The notes: generated from the sequence alone by a model not told the origin. A DNA stretch of 52,949 bases from Polyangiaceae bacterium (GCA_046351395.1 JAXLYP010000017.1:193508-246456), one strand, 5' to 3'; numbered from the stretch's first letter, positions 32,623 through 41,797 are shown. Translations and numbers: made by a program.

Positions 32623-34107
32623 ATGGACGCAGAACCGGAGTCCGACGCTCGCGCGCCGTCGTCGGCGCCGACCTCCGCACCCCTGTCGGACGCGGAGCCC
32701 GCGGTGTCCACGCCAATGTCTGTCGCCGATCCGCCGCGACCCGAGCCCGCGCGACCGACGAGGCCCAGCCGAGATCGACGCGTCGTCGCGGGGATCGTGG
32801 CCGCGCTCGTGGCGGTCGCGGTCGCCGCGTGGGTGATCGTTCGCGCGCTCGCGGGAGCGCCGCGCGTCGCGTTCGGTGTGGCCGCGCTGTCGTCCGACGA
32901 GGCGATCCTCTTCACGCGCCGCGGGGACGGCGCGGCGGCGCGCGTGAACGCCGTCGAGCTCGTCCGCGCGACTGGAGGCCTCCGGTGGACTCATGACGTG
33001 AGCCCACTCGAACCGTTCGAGGTGTCCGGGTACTCCGCAGTCGCCGCGAGTGACGATCGCGTCGTCCTCTCCGGCGCCCGCGACGGGGGGACGGTCGTCG
33101 AAGCGCTCGTTCGGACGTCGGGCGACTTCGCGTGGGCGACCGTCGTCGCGCGGGACGCGTCCACGCCGCGCGCGGGGCCGATGCTGCTCGTGGACGCGCC
33201 TCGCGTGTACGCGATCCACGCGAAGGCGGGTGGGGGAGCGGCGATCACCGCGCTCGAGCTGGACGCGGGCCACGCGCTCTGGACGCTCGACCTCGCCTCG
33301 CCGGACGCGCCGGTCGTGCTGCTCGCGGCGGAGCGTCTCCTCGTCGGGGGGAGCGACGGCGTCGCGCTCGTCGACGGCGTCACCGGTGGAGTGAAGCGCG
33401 CGGTCCCGATGAGACAGATCGCGTGCGAGACGCCGCTCGGGGTCGTCGGGTTCGACGGGGCTCATCACGTGACCCTGTTCGCCCCGCCCGGGCCGACCGG
33501 TGAATCGGGGGCGTCGGTGACCGAGCTCGATCGAAATGCGTCGCGTGGCCCGTGCGGCGTGCGCGGCGAGGATGTGGTGTTCAGCGTCGTCCGGGACGGC
33601 AGGCGCGGCCTCATGCGACTCGAGCCGACGACGGGGAGGCAGCGGTGGATCGTGGATCTCGGCTCGGTCGAGCTCGGCGCATTCGAGACGGTCGACGGGC
33701 GGCTGCCCCGCTTCCTCCCCGTCGCGCTGACGCGTCGAGCGGACGACGCGACCCACGTGGCGGTCGTCGACGTGGACGAGGGCGTCGTCGTCAGAGACCC
33801 ACCCATCGACGCGCGCGCGAGCGCGTTCGTGAGCGCTGAGCGCGCGTGGATTCGCGCCGGTTCGGTGATCGTCGCCCTCGACCCTGCGACGGGGAACATC
33901 GAGCGCGCAACCTCCTATCCCTCGCTCTTTCGGGAGGGCGTCGTCCGTCGCGACGACGCGCGGTTCGGTGTCCTCTTCGCCGTCGGGGACGACAGTCGCC
34001 GTCCCCCCGACCTACCGTGGATCGCGATCGATCTCGCGACCGCGCTCACGCGCCGCACGAACGGTGGGGTCGCGTCGACCGACGTGACGGCTCGCGGCTG
34101 GCCCTGA
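32623..34107 (+). CDS. Membrane-anchored PQQ-like beta-propeller repeat protein
   Basis: Pro/Ala-rich N-terminus, TM VVAGIVAALVAVAVAAWVIV, then recurring blades (GGLRWTHDV, GHALWTLDL, GRQRWIVDL). Confidence 0.5.
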   Translation: MDAEPESDARAPSSAPTSAPLSDAEPAVSTPMSVADPPRPEPARPTRPSRDRRVVAGIVAALVAVAVAAWVIVRALAGAPRVAFGVAALSSDEAILFTRRGDGAAARVNAVELVRATGGLRWTHDVSPLEPFEVSGYSAVAASDDRVVLSGARDGGTVVEALVRTSGDFAWATVVARDASTPRAGPMLLVDAPRVYAIHAKAGGGAAITALELDAGHALWTLDLASPDAPVVLLAAERLLVGGSDGVALVDGVTGGVKRAVPMRQIACETPLGVVGFDGAHHVTLFAPPGPTGESGASVTELDRNASRGPCGVRGEDVVFSVVRDGRRGLMRLEPTTGRQRWIVDLGSVELGAFETVDGRLPRFLPVALTRRADDATHVAVVDVDEGVVVRDPPIDARASAFVSAERAWIRAGSVIVALDPATGNIERATSYPSLFREGVVRRDDARFGVLFAVGDDSRRPPDLPWIAIDLATALTRRTNGGVASTDVTARGWP

Positions 34108-34276
34108 GGGGCCATCTGGACTTCGAGCGCGCGCGGAGTCCGCTGACGGGCGCTCGATCGTCGTCGATGGATCGGCTGGGACGCCGCCTCGGTCGTCCTC
34201 CGCGCGCACGGATCCGCTGGCATCTCGTCCGCTCATCGACTGGCGGAGACACGCGTGCGGGCGTAAAAGCAGCGCC

Positions 34277-35062
34277 GTGCCCACGAGACGCGTTGCCCTG
34301 TGGTGTTCGGTTGCGTGCATGTTCGTCGCGGGTTGCGCGAGCTCGAAAGGGGTCGAGCGCGAATCCGCCGGCGACCGCTCCCCCGCGACGAGCCCTGCAC
34401 CGCGGATCTCGCGCGGGCCGATCGTCGTCAACGGCTACCCCACGAATGTCGGAAGTGGGTTCGCCGCCGTCGCGACGTACGCGGGATTCACCCGCGACGG
34501 GCGGGAGCTCGGCCTCTGCTGGAGTGACGGCGCCTCCGACGAGATGCATTGTCGCTTCGAGGACCGCGCGGGGGGCGCACGCGGGTTCGACGCGCCCTTG
34601 GCGACGCAGTTCACAATCGCGAGCGGCGAGGTCGCGACCTGGCTCGCGGCGCAGGGCATCCGGCCGTTCGAGCGAATGAAGGGACCGGACGCCGCCGCGT
34701 GGGACTCGCTGCCGCCGCCGCTCGTCGGAGAGTGGAAGCACCCCGAGATCACCCTCGAAGTGCGGGAAACTCCGCCCGTCGTCGCGCCCGGGGGTGTCGC
34801 CACGACGCCGCCTCGCCTCGAGCTCGGTGGCAGCATGCCTGGCCGCGCGCCCTTCTTTCCCTACGTGTTCGAGCCCGCGGACGATCCGCTCGACGCGCAC
34901 TACATGCAGGCGGTCTTGCTCGCGCTCTCCCCCGATGGGACCGAGCTCGGCCTCATCACACAATCCCCTCGGGGGGAGTACGACACGAGCTTCGTCATCC
35001 GCCGGATCCCACTCGACGACCTCGGGGCTCGCATCAAATTCCGCCGGCCGTGCTGCCGCTGA
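34277..35062 (+). CDS. Lipoprotein, unknown function
   Basis: Lipobox MFVAGC. Non-repetitive 261-aa product with high GC3. Confidence 0.65.
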   Translation: MPTRRVALWCSVACMFVAGCASSKGVERESAGDRSPATSPAPRISRGPIVVNGYPTNVGSGFAAVATYAGFTRDGRELGLCWSDGASDEMHCRFEDRAGGARGFDAPLATQFTIASGEVATWLAAQGIRPFERMKGPDAAAWDSLPPPLVGEWKHPEITLEVRETPPVVAPGGVATTPPRLELGGSMPGRAPFFPYVFEPADDPLDAHYMQAVLLALSPDGTELGLITQSPRGEYDTSFVIRRIPLDDLGARIKFRRPCCR

Positions 35063-35103
35063 CACGGGGGCGTCCGATGGACGTTCCCTTCACGCCAAGC
35101 CCA

Positions 35104-35850
35104 TCAGAACGAGCCGTGCACGAGGATCCCGGTCGGACCCACCGACACTTCCGCGGTGACACCCGACGTCGCGGCGCGCGCGCCGCGCGTCTCGTCGGGG
35201 ACCTGCTTCGCCCCCACGGCGAGGAGGGGAATGCCGACACCGATCATGGCGATGCCACCGATGAGGAAGCCCGTCGCCACCCCCGATTGCACCTCTGCGT
35301 CCGCGTACCGGGCGTTGCACGCCGCGTCGACAGGGTCGATGCTGCAGGAGTTGGCGAGGGTGTCGTTGGCGAGCGAGAGTCCGATCGCGCTGGCGGTGAG
35401 GGTGACCGCGCCCGTGCCCAAGAGGACGCCGCCCGCGATCATCATCTCGGGGCTGTTCGTTCGCGTAGGACCGACGTATTTCGGAACAGGCGGTCCAACG
35501 GGGACCTGCACCGCTCCCGCGATGGTGAGCGGCAGCCCGACGAGGACGAGCGGACCACCGACGATGGTGCCGAGTGAACCCCAGAGGATGCCGCCCCAAC
35601 CGCCCTCGGCGAACGACACGCCGGCCGTGACGATCCCGACGGTGCCGAGCCCGAGCAGCACGCTGCCGCTGACCACCATCCCGGGGCTGTTCATCCGCGT
35701 CTCCGACTGCGGCGCGGGCGCGGGCGTGCCGGCGGGGGGAAGCGAGGTGATCGTCTCCTCCGCGCGCGTCGTGGACGGGATGGCGAGCGCGAGCGACGTT
35801 GCACAAGCAGCTGCCGCGAGAGGTCCGATGCCGGGCCCTGGTCTCTTCAT
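35104..35850 (-). CDS. Secreted/membrane protein with Gly-rich hydrophobic repeats, unknown function
   Basis: Signal peptide …ACATSLALAIPSTTRA. Repeated NSPxMxxxGxxLLGxG hydrophobic segments. Ends ILVHGSF*. Confidence 0.6.
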   Translation of the reverse strand: MKRPGPGIGPLAAAACATSLALAIPSTTRAEETITSLPPAGTPAPAPQSETRMNSPGMVVSGSVLLGLGTVGIVTAGVSFAEGGWGGILWGSLGTIVGGPLVLVGLPLTIAGAVQVPVGPPVPKYVGPTRTNSPEMMIAGGVLLGTGAVTLTASAIGLSLANDTLANSCSIDPVDAACNARYADAEVQSGVATGFLIGGIAMIGVGIPLLAVGAKQVPDETRGARAATSGVTAEVSVGPTGILVHGSF

Positions 35851-36203
35851 GCGGCGAATCAGAACAGGAGCGGCGCCAACGCGAAAGGTGAATGGCGGCG
35901 GGAGCCCGTGGGAGCGAGCTGCCGCCCGAGATCGTTCAGGAAACCGCGCGTCGGTTCAGGGCGGCCGCGCCCAGCGCGATCCTTCAGGGCGTAGCTCGTC
36001 CGCCGCGAAGGTCTCCACAGGGTCGTCGCTCGAGGGCGTCACTCCACGGAGCAGACTCAGGCCACCGGTGTAGTCCAAGGACCACGCGCGCCATTGTCTG
36101 CATACCCAGTGTCGATCGCGTCATCACGCCCGGGTGTCCGCGCGGGACTCGCGGTGGCGAGCGCGTCGTCCGACTGGAGTATCACCGAGCGGGCCGGCTC
36201 TCT

Positions 36204-36223
36204 GACAGTATGGAAATCCATGG
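36204..36223 (+). promoter_or_regulatory. 20-bp conserved element, copy 1 (GACAGTATGGAAATCCATGG)
   Basis: One of three near-identical elements in the 35851-36679 intergenic region. Contains the inverted repeat ATGGA-AA-TCCAT. Confidence 0.5.
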
Positions 36224-36333
36224 TAGTGCGTGGTGACGGCAGCGCGCTTCGAGCGCAGTCGGCGTGATAGGGAGAACCCTTGGTTCGGTGCGCGTGAAAC
36301 GAACCCGCGCCGATCGGGCGCGCTGGTCGCCGA

Positions 36334-36353
36334 GACAATATGGAAATCCATGG
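36334..36353 (+). promoter_or_regulatory. 20-bp conserved element, copy 2 (GACAATATGGAAATCCATGG)
   Basis: As copy 1. Preceded by gcgctggt, as is copy 3. Confidence 0.5.
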
Positions 36354-36403
36354 GTTTGGTGAGCCGGATAGGCGGTTCTCGGGACGCGCTGGTTCTTTCC
36401 TCA

Positions 36404-36423
36404 GACAATATGGAAATCCCTGG
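36404..36423 (+). promoter_or_regulatory. 20-bp conserved element, copy 3 (GACAATATGGAAATCCCTGG)
   Basis: As copy 1. Followed by an A8 run at 36449-36456. Confidence 0.5.
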
Positions 36424-36679
36424 GCGGCGCGCACGAACGTGGCCGCCGAAAAAAAAGGCGCAGGAATCCCTCCATGGCGGGGACGAGGAATATCTCTCTC
36501 GCTCCACGACGGTCGCGCGCATTTCAGGTGTGTTGGTTTGATGGGTTGCAATGGACGCAATCGCTGCGGACGAATGCAGGTCTTGCGCGTCTCGCGTCTG
36601 CCGTGAAGTACCCCCCTTGGGATGGAGTCTAGCGCAGGAGGCCGTCGTCGTGGTGTGAAAGCTGCAGCCGCTGAGGGGC

Positions 36680-37753
36680 GTGACGACCTCCATTCCGCCA
36701 GCGTTCGACGAGGCGCTCGACCCTGCTCCGAGATGTGAGGACGCCGTCGCCATCCTGGACGCGCTCAGCGCTGCGGTGCTCGCGGCGCGCTCCGACGGCG
36801 TCATCACGTGGGCGAACCCATGGGCTGCGCGCGTCCTCCGGCGCTCACGGGCCTCGATCATCGGGCGAAACCTCGCGGATGTGCTGCCTCTCTCGTTCGC
36901 GGTCGGGGAGGACACGCCCTCGGAGCACCGCCGCGGTGAGCTCACTTATCAAGCGGACGACGGCTCCCGTTGTCAGCTCGGATTTTCGCTCGCTCGGCGG
37001 GCCGTCACGGCGCCGGACGAGGTCGCCATCATCGCGCTGTTCCAAGAGATCTCGAGCCTCATCGAGCTGCGACGCCAGCGCGATCGACTCCTCCAGATGG
37101 CGGCGCTCGGGGACGCCCTCCCAGCGGTGCTCCACGAGGTCCGCAACCCGCTCGCGGCGATCACCACGGCGCTGGAGGTTTTGACCGAAGACGAGGGGCC
37201 GCTGCAAGCGGATCTCCACGCGGTTCTGAACGAGGCGCGCCGCGCCACCCTGACGCTCGACGGGCTCGGGGGCCTCGCGCGCGAAACCCACAGTCGGAAG
37301 TGGGAAGCCATCGATCACGCGGTCGCGGAGGCCACCCGAGTGCTCGAACCCACCGCCGCGAGGCGGGGTATTTCCCTTCGAACGACGGGGCCGGCGCTCC
37401 CGCTCCTGCCGCTCGATCGCGCGGCGATCAGCGGCGTGGTGTTCAATCTCGTGCGCAATGCCATCGACGCGTGCGGCGAGGGTGATGTGGTCGCCGTCGA
37501 GGCCCGTTTGCCGTCGCCGAACGAGTTCCTGCTCGAGGTTCGCGACACGGGCCATGGCATGTCCGTTCCCATCGTGAAGCGCTGCACGGAGCTCTTCTTC
37601 ACGACGAAGGATACCGGGTCTGGGATTGGGCTCGCATTGTGCAAGCGGTTCGCGGAGTCGTCGGGAGGATCGCTGGAAGTGGAGAGCGAACTCGGGCGGG
37701 GGACGACGGTATCGGTTCGCGTCGCTCTCCGCACCGACGCACGAGGAGGGTGA
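36680..37753 (+). CDS. PAS-domain sensor histidine kinase
   Basis: PAS-like N-terminus (AILDALSAAVLAARSDGVITWANPWAARVL). H-box LHEVRNPLAAI. N/G boxes VFNLVRNAIDA, DTGHGM, GSGIGLALC. Confidence 0.85.
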   Translation: MTTSIPPAFDEALDPAPRCEDAVAILDALSAAVLAARSDGVITWANPWAARVLRRSRASIIGRNLADVLPLSFAVGEDTPSEHRRGELTYQADDGSRCQLGFSLARRAVTAPDEVAIIALFQEISSLIELRRQRDRLLQMAALGDALPAVLHEVRNPLAAITTALEVLTEDEGPLQADLHAVLNEARRATLTLDGLGGLARETHSRKWEAIDHAVAEATRVLEPTAARRGISLRTTGPALPLLPLDRAAISGVVFNLVRNAIDACGEGDVVAVEARLPSPNEFLLEVRDTGHGMSVPIVKRCTELFFTTKDTGSGIGLALCKRFAESSGGSLEVESELGRGTTVSVRVALRTDARGG

Positions 37754-37754
37754 C

Positions 37755-38120
37755 ATGTCACGTGTCGACAACCTGAACAAGATTCTACGTGGGCTGCAGA
37801 GCGCTTCGCCGGACGTCGAGGCGAGCGCGCTCATCTCGGACGATGGGCTCATGATCGCGAGCGCCCTGCCACAGCACATCGACGAGACGCGCGTCGCCGG
37901 GATGAGCGCCACGCTCTCGAGCCTGGGTACGCGCGCGGCGGCCGAGCTCGAGCGCGGCAACGTCGAGGAGGTCCTCGTGCGGGGCTCGAACGGCTATGCC
38001 GTCATGCTCGCCGCGGGGTCCGGGACGCTCCTCTTGGTCCTTGCGAGCAAGCAGGCGAAGCTCGGCCTCATCTTCCTCGACATGCGTCGGGCGGTCGACG
38101 ACATCCGTCGCGTCCTCTAG
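37755..38120 (+). CDS. Roadblock/LC7 (MglB-like) domain protein
   Basis: ATG lies 1 nt after the HK stop, with GAGGAGGG upstream. LRGLQSASPDVEASALISDDGLMIASALP…LLLVLASKQAKLGLIFLDMRRAV is the typical Robl_LC7 pattern. Confidence 0.75.
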   Translation: MSRVDNLNKILRGLQSASPDVEASALISDDGLMIASALPQHIDETRVAGMSATLSSLGTRAAAELERGNVEEVLVRGSNGYAVMLAAGSGTLLLVLASKQAKLGLIFLDMRRAVDDIRRVL

Positions 38121-38266
38121 ACCCGTTCGAGAAGCGAGCAGATCCCCGGGCCCGGGCGCGACAAAGCGTCATCGGGGTGACGCCCGAGCGTCATCGTTTT
38201 GACAGTCTTCGCGCGATCCACGCGTTAGAACGTACCCAACAGCCGATCGATAGGAGGGGGTCTTCG

Positions 38267-39026
38267 ATGCCCAATACGATTTTGTTCGATCAAGGTGCCC
38301 ACAAGAACGTCCTGCTCGAGGACGTGTCCGCGGGCAGCCACGCCCGTACAAGCCAATCAGCACGTCATCGTCGACCACGCGTCGGGCATGATCCTCGACC
38401 CGGGCGGACACAAGGTCTACTCGAAGGTCCTCTCCGGCACGCTCGCCACCCTCGGCAAGGCGAAGCTCGAGATCCTGTTCCTGTCGCACCAAGATCCGGA
38501 CATCGTCGCCGCGACGAATGGCTGGCTGATGACCACGGACGCCGTGGGCTACGTCTCCGCGCTGTGGACTCGGTTCGTCCCGCATTTCGGGCTCGATCAC
38601 CTCGTCCAGTCCCGCCTCCTGCCGATCCCGGACGAGGGCATGCGGATGAAGCTGGGCCAGAGCGAGCTGCTCATCCTCCCCGCGCACTTCCTCCACTCGC
38701 CGGGAAACTTCCACGTCTACGACCCCGTCTCGAAGATCCTCTACAGCGGCGATCTCGGGGCATCCATTGGTGGGGATTACGTCGAGGTGACCGACTTCGA
38801 CGCGCACCTCCCACTCATGGCGGGGTTTCACCGGCGCTACATGGCTGGGGGGGCCGCGATGCGCGGCTGGGCGAAGATGGTCCGCCAGTTGCCGATCGAG
38901 ATCATCGCGCCGCAGCACGGGGCGCTGTTTCGCGGGAAGGAGATGGTCGATCGGTTCATTGGATGGTGCGAGGGCATGCAGTGCGGACTGGATGTGATGG
39001 GCGATGGTTACCGCATCCCCGCTTGA
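38267..39026 (+). pseudogene. MBL-fold / oxygen-binding di-iron (ODP-like) protein gene with apparent 5' frameshift
   Basis: Strong RBS (TAGGAGGGGG) 8 nt before ATG 38267, giving MPNTILFDQGAHKNVLLEDVSAGSHA with high GC3. The rest (…VQANQHVIVDHASGMILDPGGH…ILFLSHQDPDIV…) is in the 38295..39026 frame. The frames meet near CCC 38343-38345. Confidence 0.6.
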
Positions 39027-40158
39027 GTCCCCGCGCCGCACCGTGCTCGTCGTGGAGGACGAGCCGATGCTGCGCGCCTCGATGGTCAAGGGGCTCGCGA
39101 AGCTCTCGTCGGTCGCGCTCGTCGACGCCGGCTCGCTGCGAGAGGCGCGGCGACTCGCCGAGCTGCACCGCCCCGTGCTGGTCGTGAGCGATCTCGACCT
39201 GCCCGACGGCTCGGGGATCGAAATGGCGTCGACGCTCGACGAGCTCGGTCTTCGCGTCCCGATCCTGTTCGTGTCGGCCTACGTGCGGGAGTACCAGGGG
39301 CGATTGCCGAAGCGGCCGGGGATCGAGGTCTACGAGAAGCCGCTGCCCCTCGAGCGCCTTCGGAGCGCGGTGGAGGCGCACCTCGGGATCGAAGCCGAGG
39401 CTTCGCCGTTCGGTGTGATCGACTTCGTCCAGCTCGCCGGCATGGGGCGGCGCTCGGTCGTCATCGAGGTGCGAGGCCGGATCGCGGGGAGCGGGCGAAT
39501 CGTCATCCGCGCGGGCGAGGTGTGGTCGGCGCGCGACGAGCGGGGCGAAGGAATGGAAGCGTTCAAGCGCCTCGCGTTCCTTCGGGACGCGGTCGTCACG
39601 TGCCGCTCGTTCGATCGTCGCGACTCGTCTCCTCGCATCATCCAAGGGGGCTGCGAGAGTGTCCTGCTCGAGGCGGCGCGCCAGTACGACGAAGCGGGCG
39701 GGGCGCCGCCGGAGCGCGACGAGCTCGGCGACCTCGACGAGGGCTGGGACTCCCGAGACGCGGGCCGCGGTGACAGCTGGGAAGGCTCCGCGCGGTCGCA
39801 CGACCCCGTCGTCTCGTCCACGCCGGTGCCGCCCGGCCGGCATCGGTCCGAGGTTCGCCCGGTCGTGCCGGAGCCCCGAGGGGAATGGCGCTCCGCGACC
39901 CTGACGCCCGCGGTCGACGAGCCGCCGCCGACTCAGCCCTCGACGCGACTTCGTGACGTCGATCCGCGCGAGCTCGCGACGGTCGCACGGCTCGCGGCGG
40001 GGTTCTCCGACGTGTACGAGCGGGGCGTCGACGCGCTGCTCGCGAAGGACTATCGCAAAGCGTACGCGGCGTTCCTCGAAGCGCGAGAGCTCTCGCCGGA
40101 GGACCGGCGGGTCGAAGCGAACCTCGTCCGCCTCCGAGAGATGGGGTTCGGAACGTGA
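39004..40158 (+). CDS. Response regulator: receiver + DUF4388 domain + TPR-like C-terminus
   Basis: TVLVVEDEPML…VLVVSDLDLPDGSG (receiver). FGVIDFVQLAGMGRRSVVIEV…IVIRAGEVWSARDERGEGMEAFKRL (DUF4388 pattern). C-terminal YRKAYAAFLEARELSPED. Confidence 0.75.
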   Translation: MVTASPLESPRRTVLVVEDEPMLRASMVKGLAKLSSVALVDAGSLREARRLAELHRPVLVVSDLDLPDGSGIEMASTLDELGLRVPILFVSAYVREYQGRLPKRPGIEVYEKPLPLERLRSAVEAHLGIEAEASPFGVIDFVQLAGMGRRSVVIEVRGRIAGSGRIVIRAGEVWSARDERGEGMEAFKRLAFLRDAVVTCRSFDRRDSSPRIIQGGCESVLLEAARQYDEAGGAPPERDELGDLDEGWDSRDAGRGDSWEGSARSHDPVVSSTPVPPGRHRSEVRPVVPEPRGEWRSATLTPAVDEPPPTQPSTRLRDVDPRELATVARLAAGFSDVYERGVDALLAKDYRKAYAAFLEARELSPEDRRVEANLVRLREMGFGT

Positions 40159-40817
40159 GGCGCGCCGCGTTCGCCGTTCCCGGAGAGGAACTCGGAGTAT
40201 GGGCGCCCGCCACGCTCCTGTCGTGCGGCGCCCTGGGCGCGGTCGTCGTCGCGGTCCTCCTCGGATCCCCCGCCGTCCCCGCGGAGGCGAGCTCGATGTC
40301 GCGCGCGACGCCGGGCGCGGAGGGCGCCGCAGCGACGGTGTCCACGGACGCGATCCGCCCGCCGACCGCGCCGTCGATCGCGCCGCCGCCGCCTGCACCG
40401 AGCGCGATCGCTGCACCCCCGGGCCCCTCGGGGTCGGGCGGGGCGATCCCTCAATGTCCACCCGTGCGGGTGGGCTTCCAATCGAACGCGTTCGGCCCGA
40501 GCCCCGCGGCGATCACCGAGCTCGACCGGCTCGCGGCGTGGCTGCGCGAACATTCGGACACGACGCTCGTCGTGAGCGGGCACGCCGACGCGGTGGGCAC
40601 GGAGGACGGCAATTTGCGCCTCAGTCACATCCGCGCGGAGTCGATCGCGCGAGAGCTCTCGGCGCGAGGGGTGGCTCGGAGCCGCATGACGGTGCGGGGG
40701 TATGGAGCCTATCAGCCCCTCGAGGGCGTGCTCGAGGACGCCGCAGACAATCGAAGGGTCGTCATCTATGTCCGCGGGGATTGTCTCCGCGGCTTCGAGG
40801 AGGTCATAGGACCATGA
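40155..40817 (+). CDS. OmpA-family (peptidoglycan-binding OmpA_C-like) protein
   Basis: The GTG start overlaps the RR stop (GTGA). TM/signal, Pro-rich linker, then VVSGHADAVGTEDGNLRLSHIRAESIAREL…GYGAYQPL…DNRRVVIYV. Confidence 0.75.
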   Translation: MRRAAFAVPGEELGVWAPATLLSCGALGAVVVAVLLGSPAVPAEASSMSRATPGAEGAAATVSTDAIRPPTAPSIAPPPPAPSAIAAPPGPSGSGGAIPQCPPVRVGFQSNAFGPSPAAITELDRLAAWLREHSDTTLVVSGHADAVGTEDGNLRLSHIRAESIARELSARGVARSRMTVRGYGAYQPLEGVLEDAADNRRVVIYVRGDCLRGFEEVIGP

Positions 40818-41746
40818 TCGTGACACTCACCTTGGTCACCGTGGGCGCGGCGTCCGCGTTGCTGGGCTCGGGATACCTCTTCGGTGCGCGGCGGGGGCGA
40901 ACGGCGCGCGCTGCGCTCGCGGCGCACGCGGAGTCGCGCGAGGTCGCGCTGCGCGAGGCGGAGTCGAGGCTGTCGCTCGAGCGGCGGACGGCGGAGAGCG
41001 ACGCGGCGCGAAGACGGGAGCTCGAGTCGATCCTCGTCCCGCTCACGCGTCAAACCCAGACCTCGAACGAGGAGCTCGAGAAGGTGGAGGAGCTCAAGCG
41101 AGAGGTGCGGGCGATCGCCCGGTCCCTCGCGGAGCGCGACAGCCATCAAGACGAGCTCCGACGCGAAGTCCGGGGCGCGCTCGCGTCGTTCGCGAAGCAG
41201 CCCGGGGACGAGGCGAAGCTCGAGGGCCACGTGCGACGGCTCGTCGCGCCGCTCCTCCAGCGCGAGGAGCAGTCGGAGAAGCTGCGCGACGCGCTGCAGG
41301 AGGTGCTCCGACCCATGATCGAGCGGGAGCGCATGGGACGCGATCTCGCGCGCCTCCCGCCGTCCACGAGCGGGCTCGGCGGGCTCCCCAAGCTGCTCGA
41401 CGCGATCGCCGAGCGGGGCGGGTTCACCGCGGTGGTGCTGAGCGACGACGTGGGGCTCCCGCTCGCGGCGAGCGCGGGCGCCCTGGACGTCGAGACGCTG
41501 GCGGGCTCCTCGTCGCTGCTCCTCACGCTCGCGGACCGCGCCGCGCGCGATGGCGCACCCCCGCCCCAGGCGGTCGTCGTTCGCGACGCGTCGAACCAGA
41601 CACTCCTTCACCGCATCTTCCGCGTCGGGGACGAACGCTTCATGCTGACGGCGGTCGCCCGCGGCGTCGAGATCGCGACGGGCGCGCTGGATCCGGCGCT
41701 TGGAACGCTGGAGCGCGCGCTCGCGCGCAACAACATCGCGGCGTGA
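40814..41746 (+). CDS. Membrane-anchored coiled-coil protein with C-terminal Roadblock/LC7-like domain
   Basis: The ATG start overlaps the OmpA stop (ATGA). N-terminal TM MIVTLTLVTVGAASALLGSGYLF. Charged coiled coil. C-terminus GGFTAVVLSDDVGLPLAASAG…LLHRIFRVGDERFMLTAV. Confidence 0.65.
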   Translation: MIVTLTLVTVGAASALLGSGYLFGARRGRTARAALAAHAESREVALREAESRLSLERRTAESDAARRRELESILVPLTRQTQTSNEELEKVEELKREVRAIARSLAERDSHQDELRREVRGALASFAKQPGDEAKLEGHVRRLVAPLLQREEQSEKLRDALQEVLRPMIERERMGRDLARLPPSTSGLGGLPKLLDAIAERGGFTAVVLSDDVGLPLAASAGALDVETLAGSSSLLLTLADRAARDGAPPPQAVVVRDASNQTLLHRIFRVGDERFMLTAVARGVEIATGALDPALGTLERALARNNIAA

Positions 41747-41797
41747 TCCGCGGAGGGGCGCGGGCCGGCCCCTTGGACGCGGGGCAAACACACCCCG

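Noticed and set aside
26000-35000. A complete or cryptic type VI secretion cluster around the TssC-like gene
   Set aside because: No TssB-, Hcp-, VgrG-, baseplate-, TssM/L/J- or ClpV-like ORFs are recognisable in any frame of this interval. Only the orphan tssC-like gene is supported.
36204-36423. Possible CRISPR array or small-peptide (MEIHG…) leader ORFs at the three ATGGAAATCC elements
   Set aside because: There are only three copies with unequal spacing (130 and 70 bp) and no cas genes. The ATG-initiated frames have poor codon bias and differ after 4 codons. I kept them as regulatory repeats instead.
36541-36566. Sigma-54-like TGGACGCAATCGCTGC upstream of the histidine kinase gene
   Set aside because: The spacing is off by one in the other direction and the -24 element is imperfect.
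35892-36606. Track ORFs inside the large intergenic region (35892..36236 +, 36057..36560 -, 36230..36541 +, 36340..36606 +)
   Set aside because: They have low third-position G+C, Arg/Gly-rich or odd composition, no recognisable motifs and mutually overlapping frames.
38120-38266. Intrinsic terminator between the Roadblock and di-iron genes (GCGTCA-tcgggg-TGACGC, later TTTT)
   Set aside because: The stem is short (6 bp) and separated from the T-run by ~15 nt. The direct repeat gcgtcatcg x2 makes the alternative pairings ambiguous.
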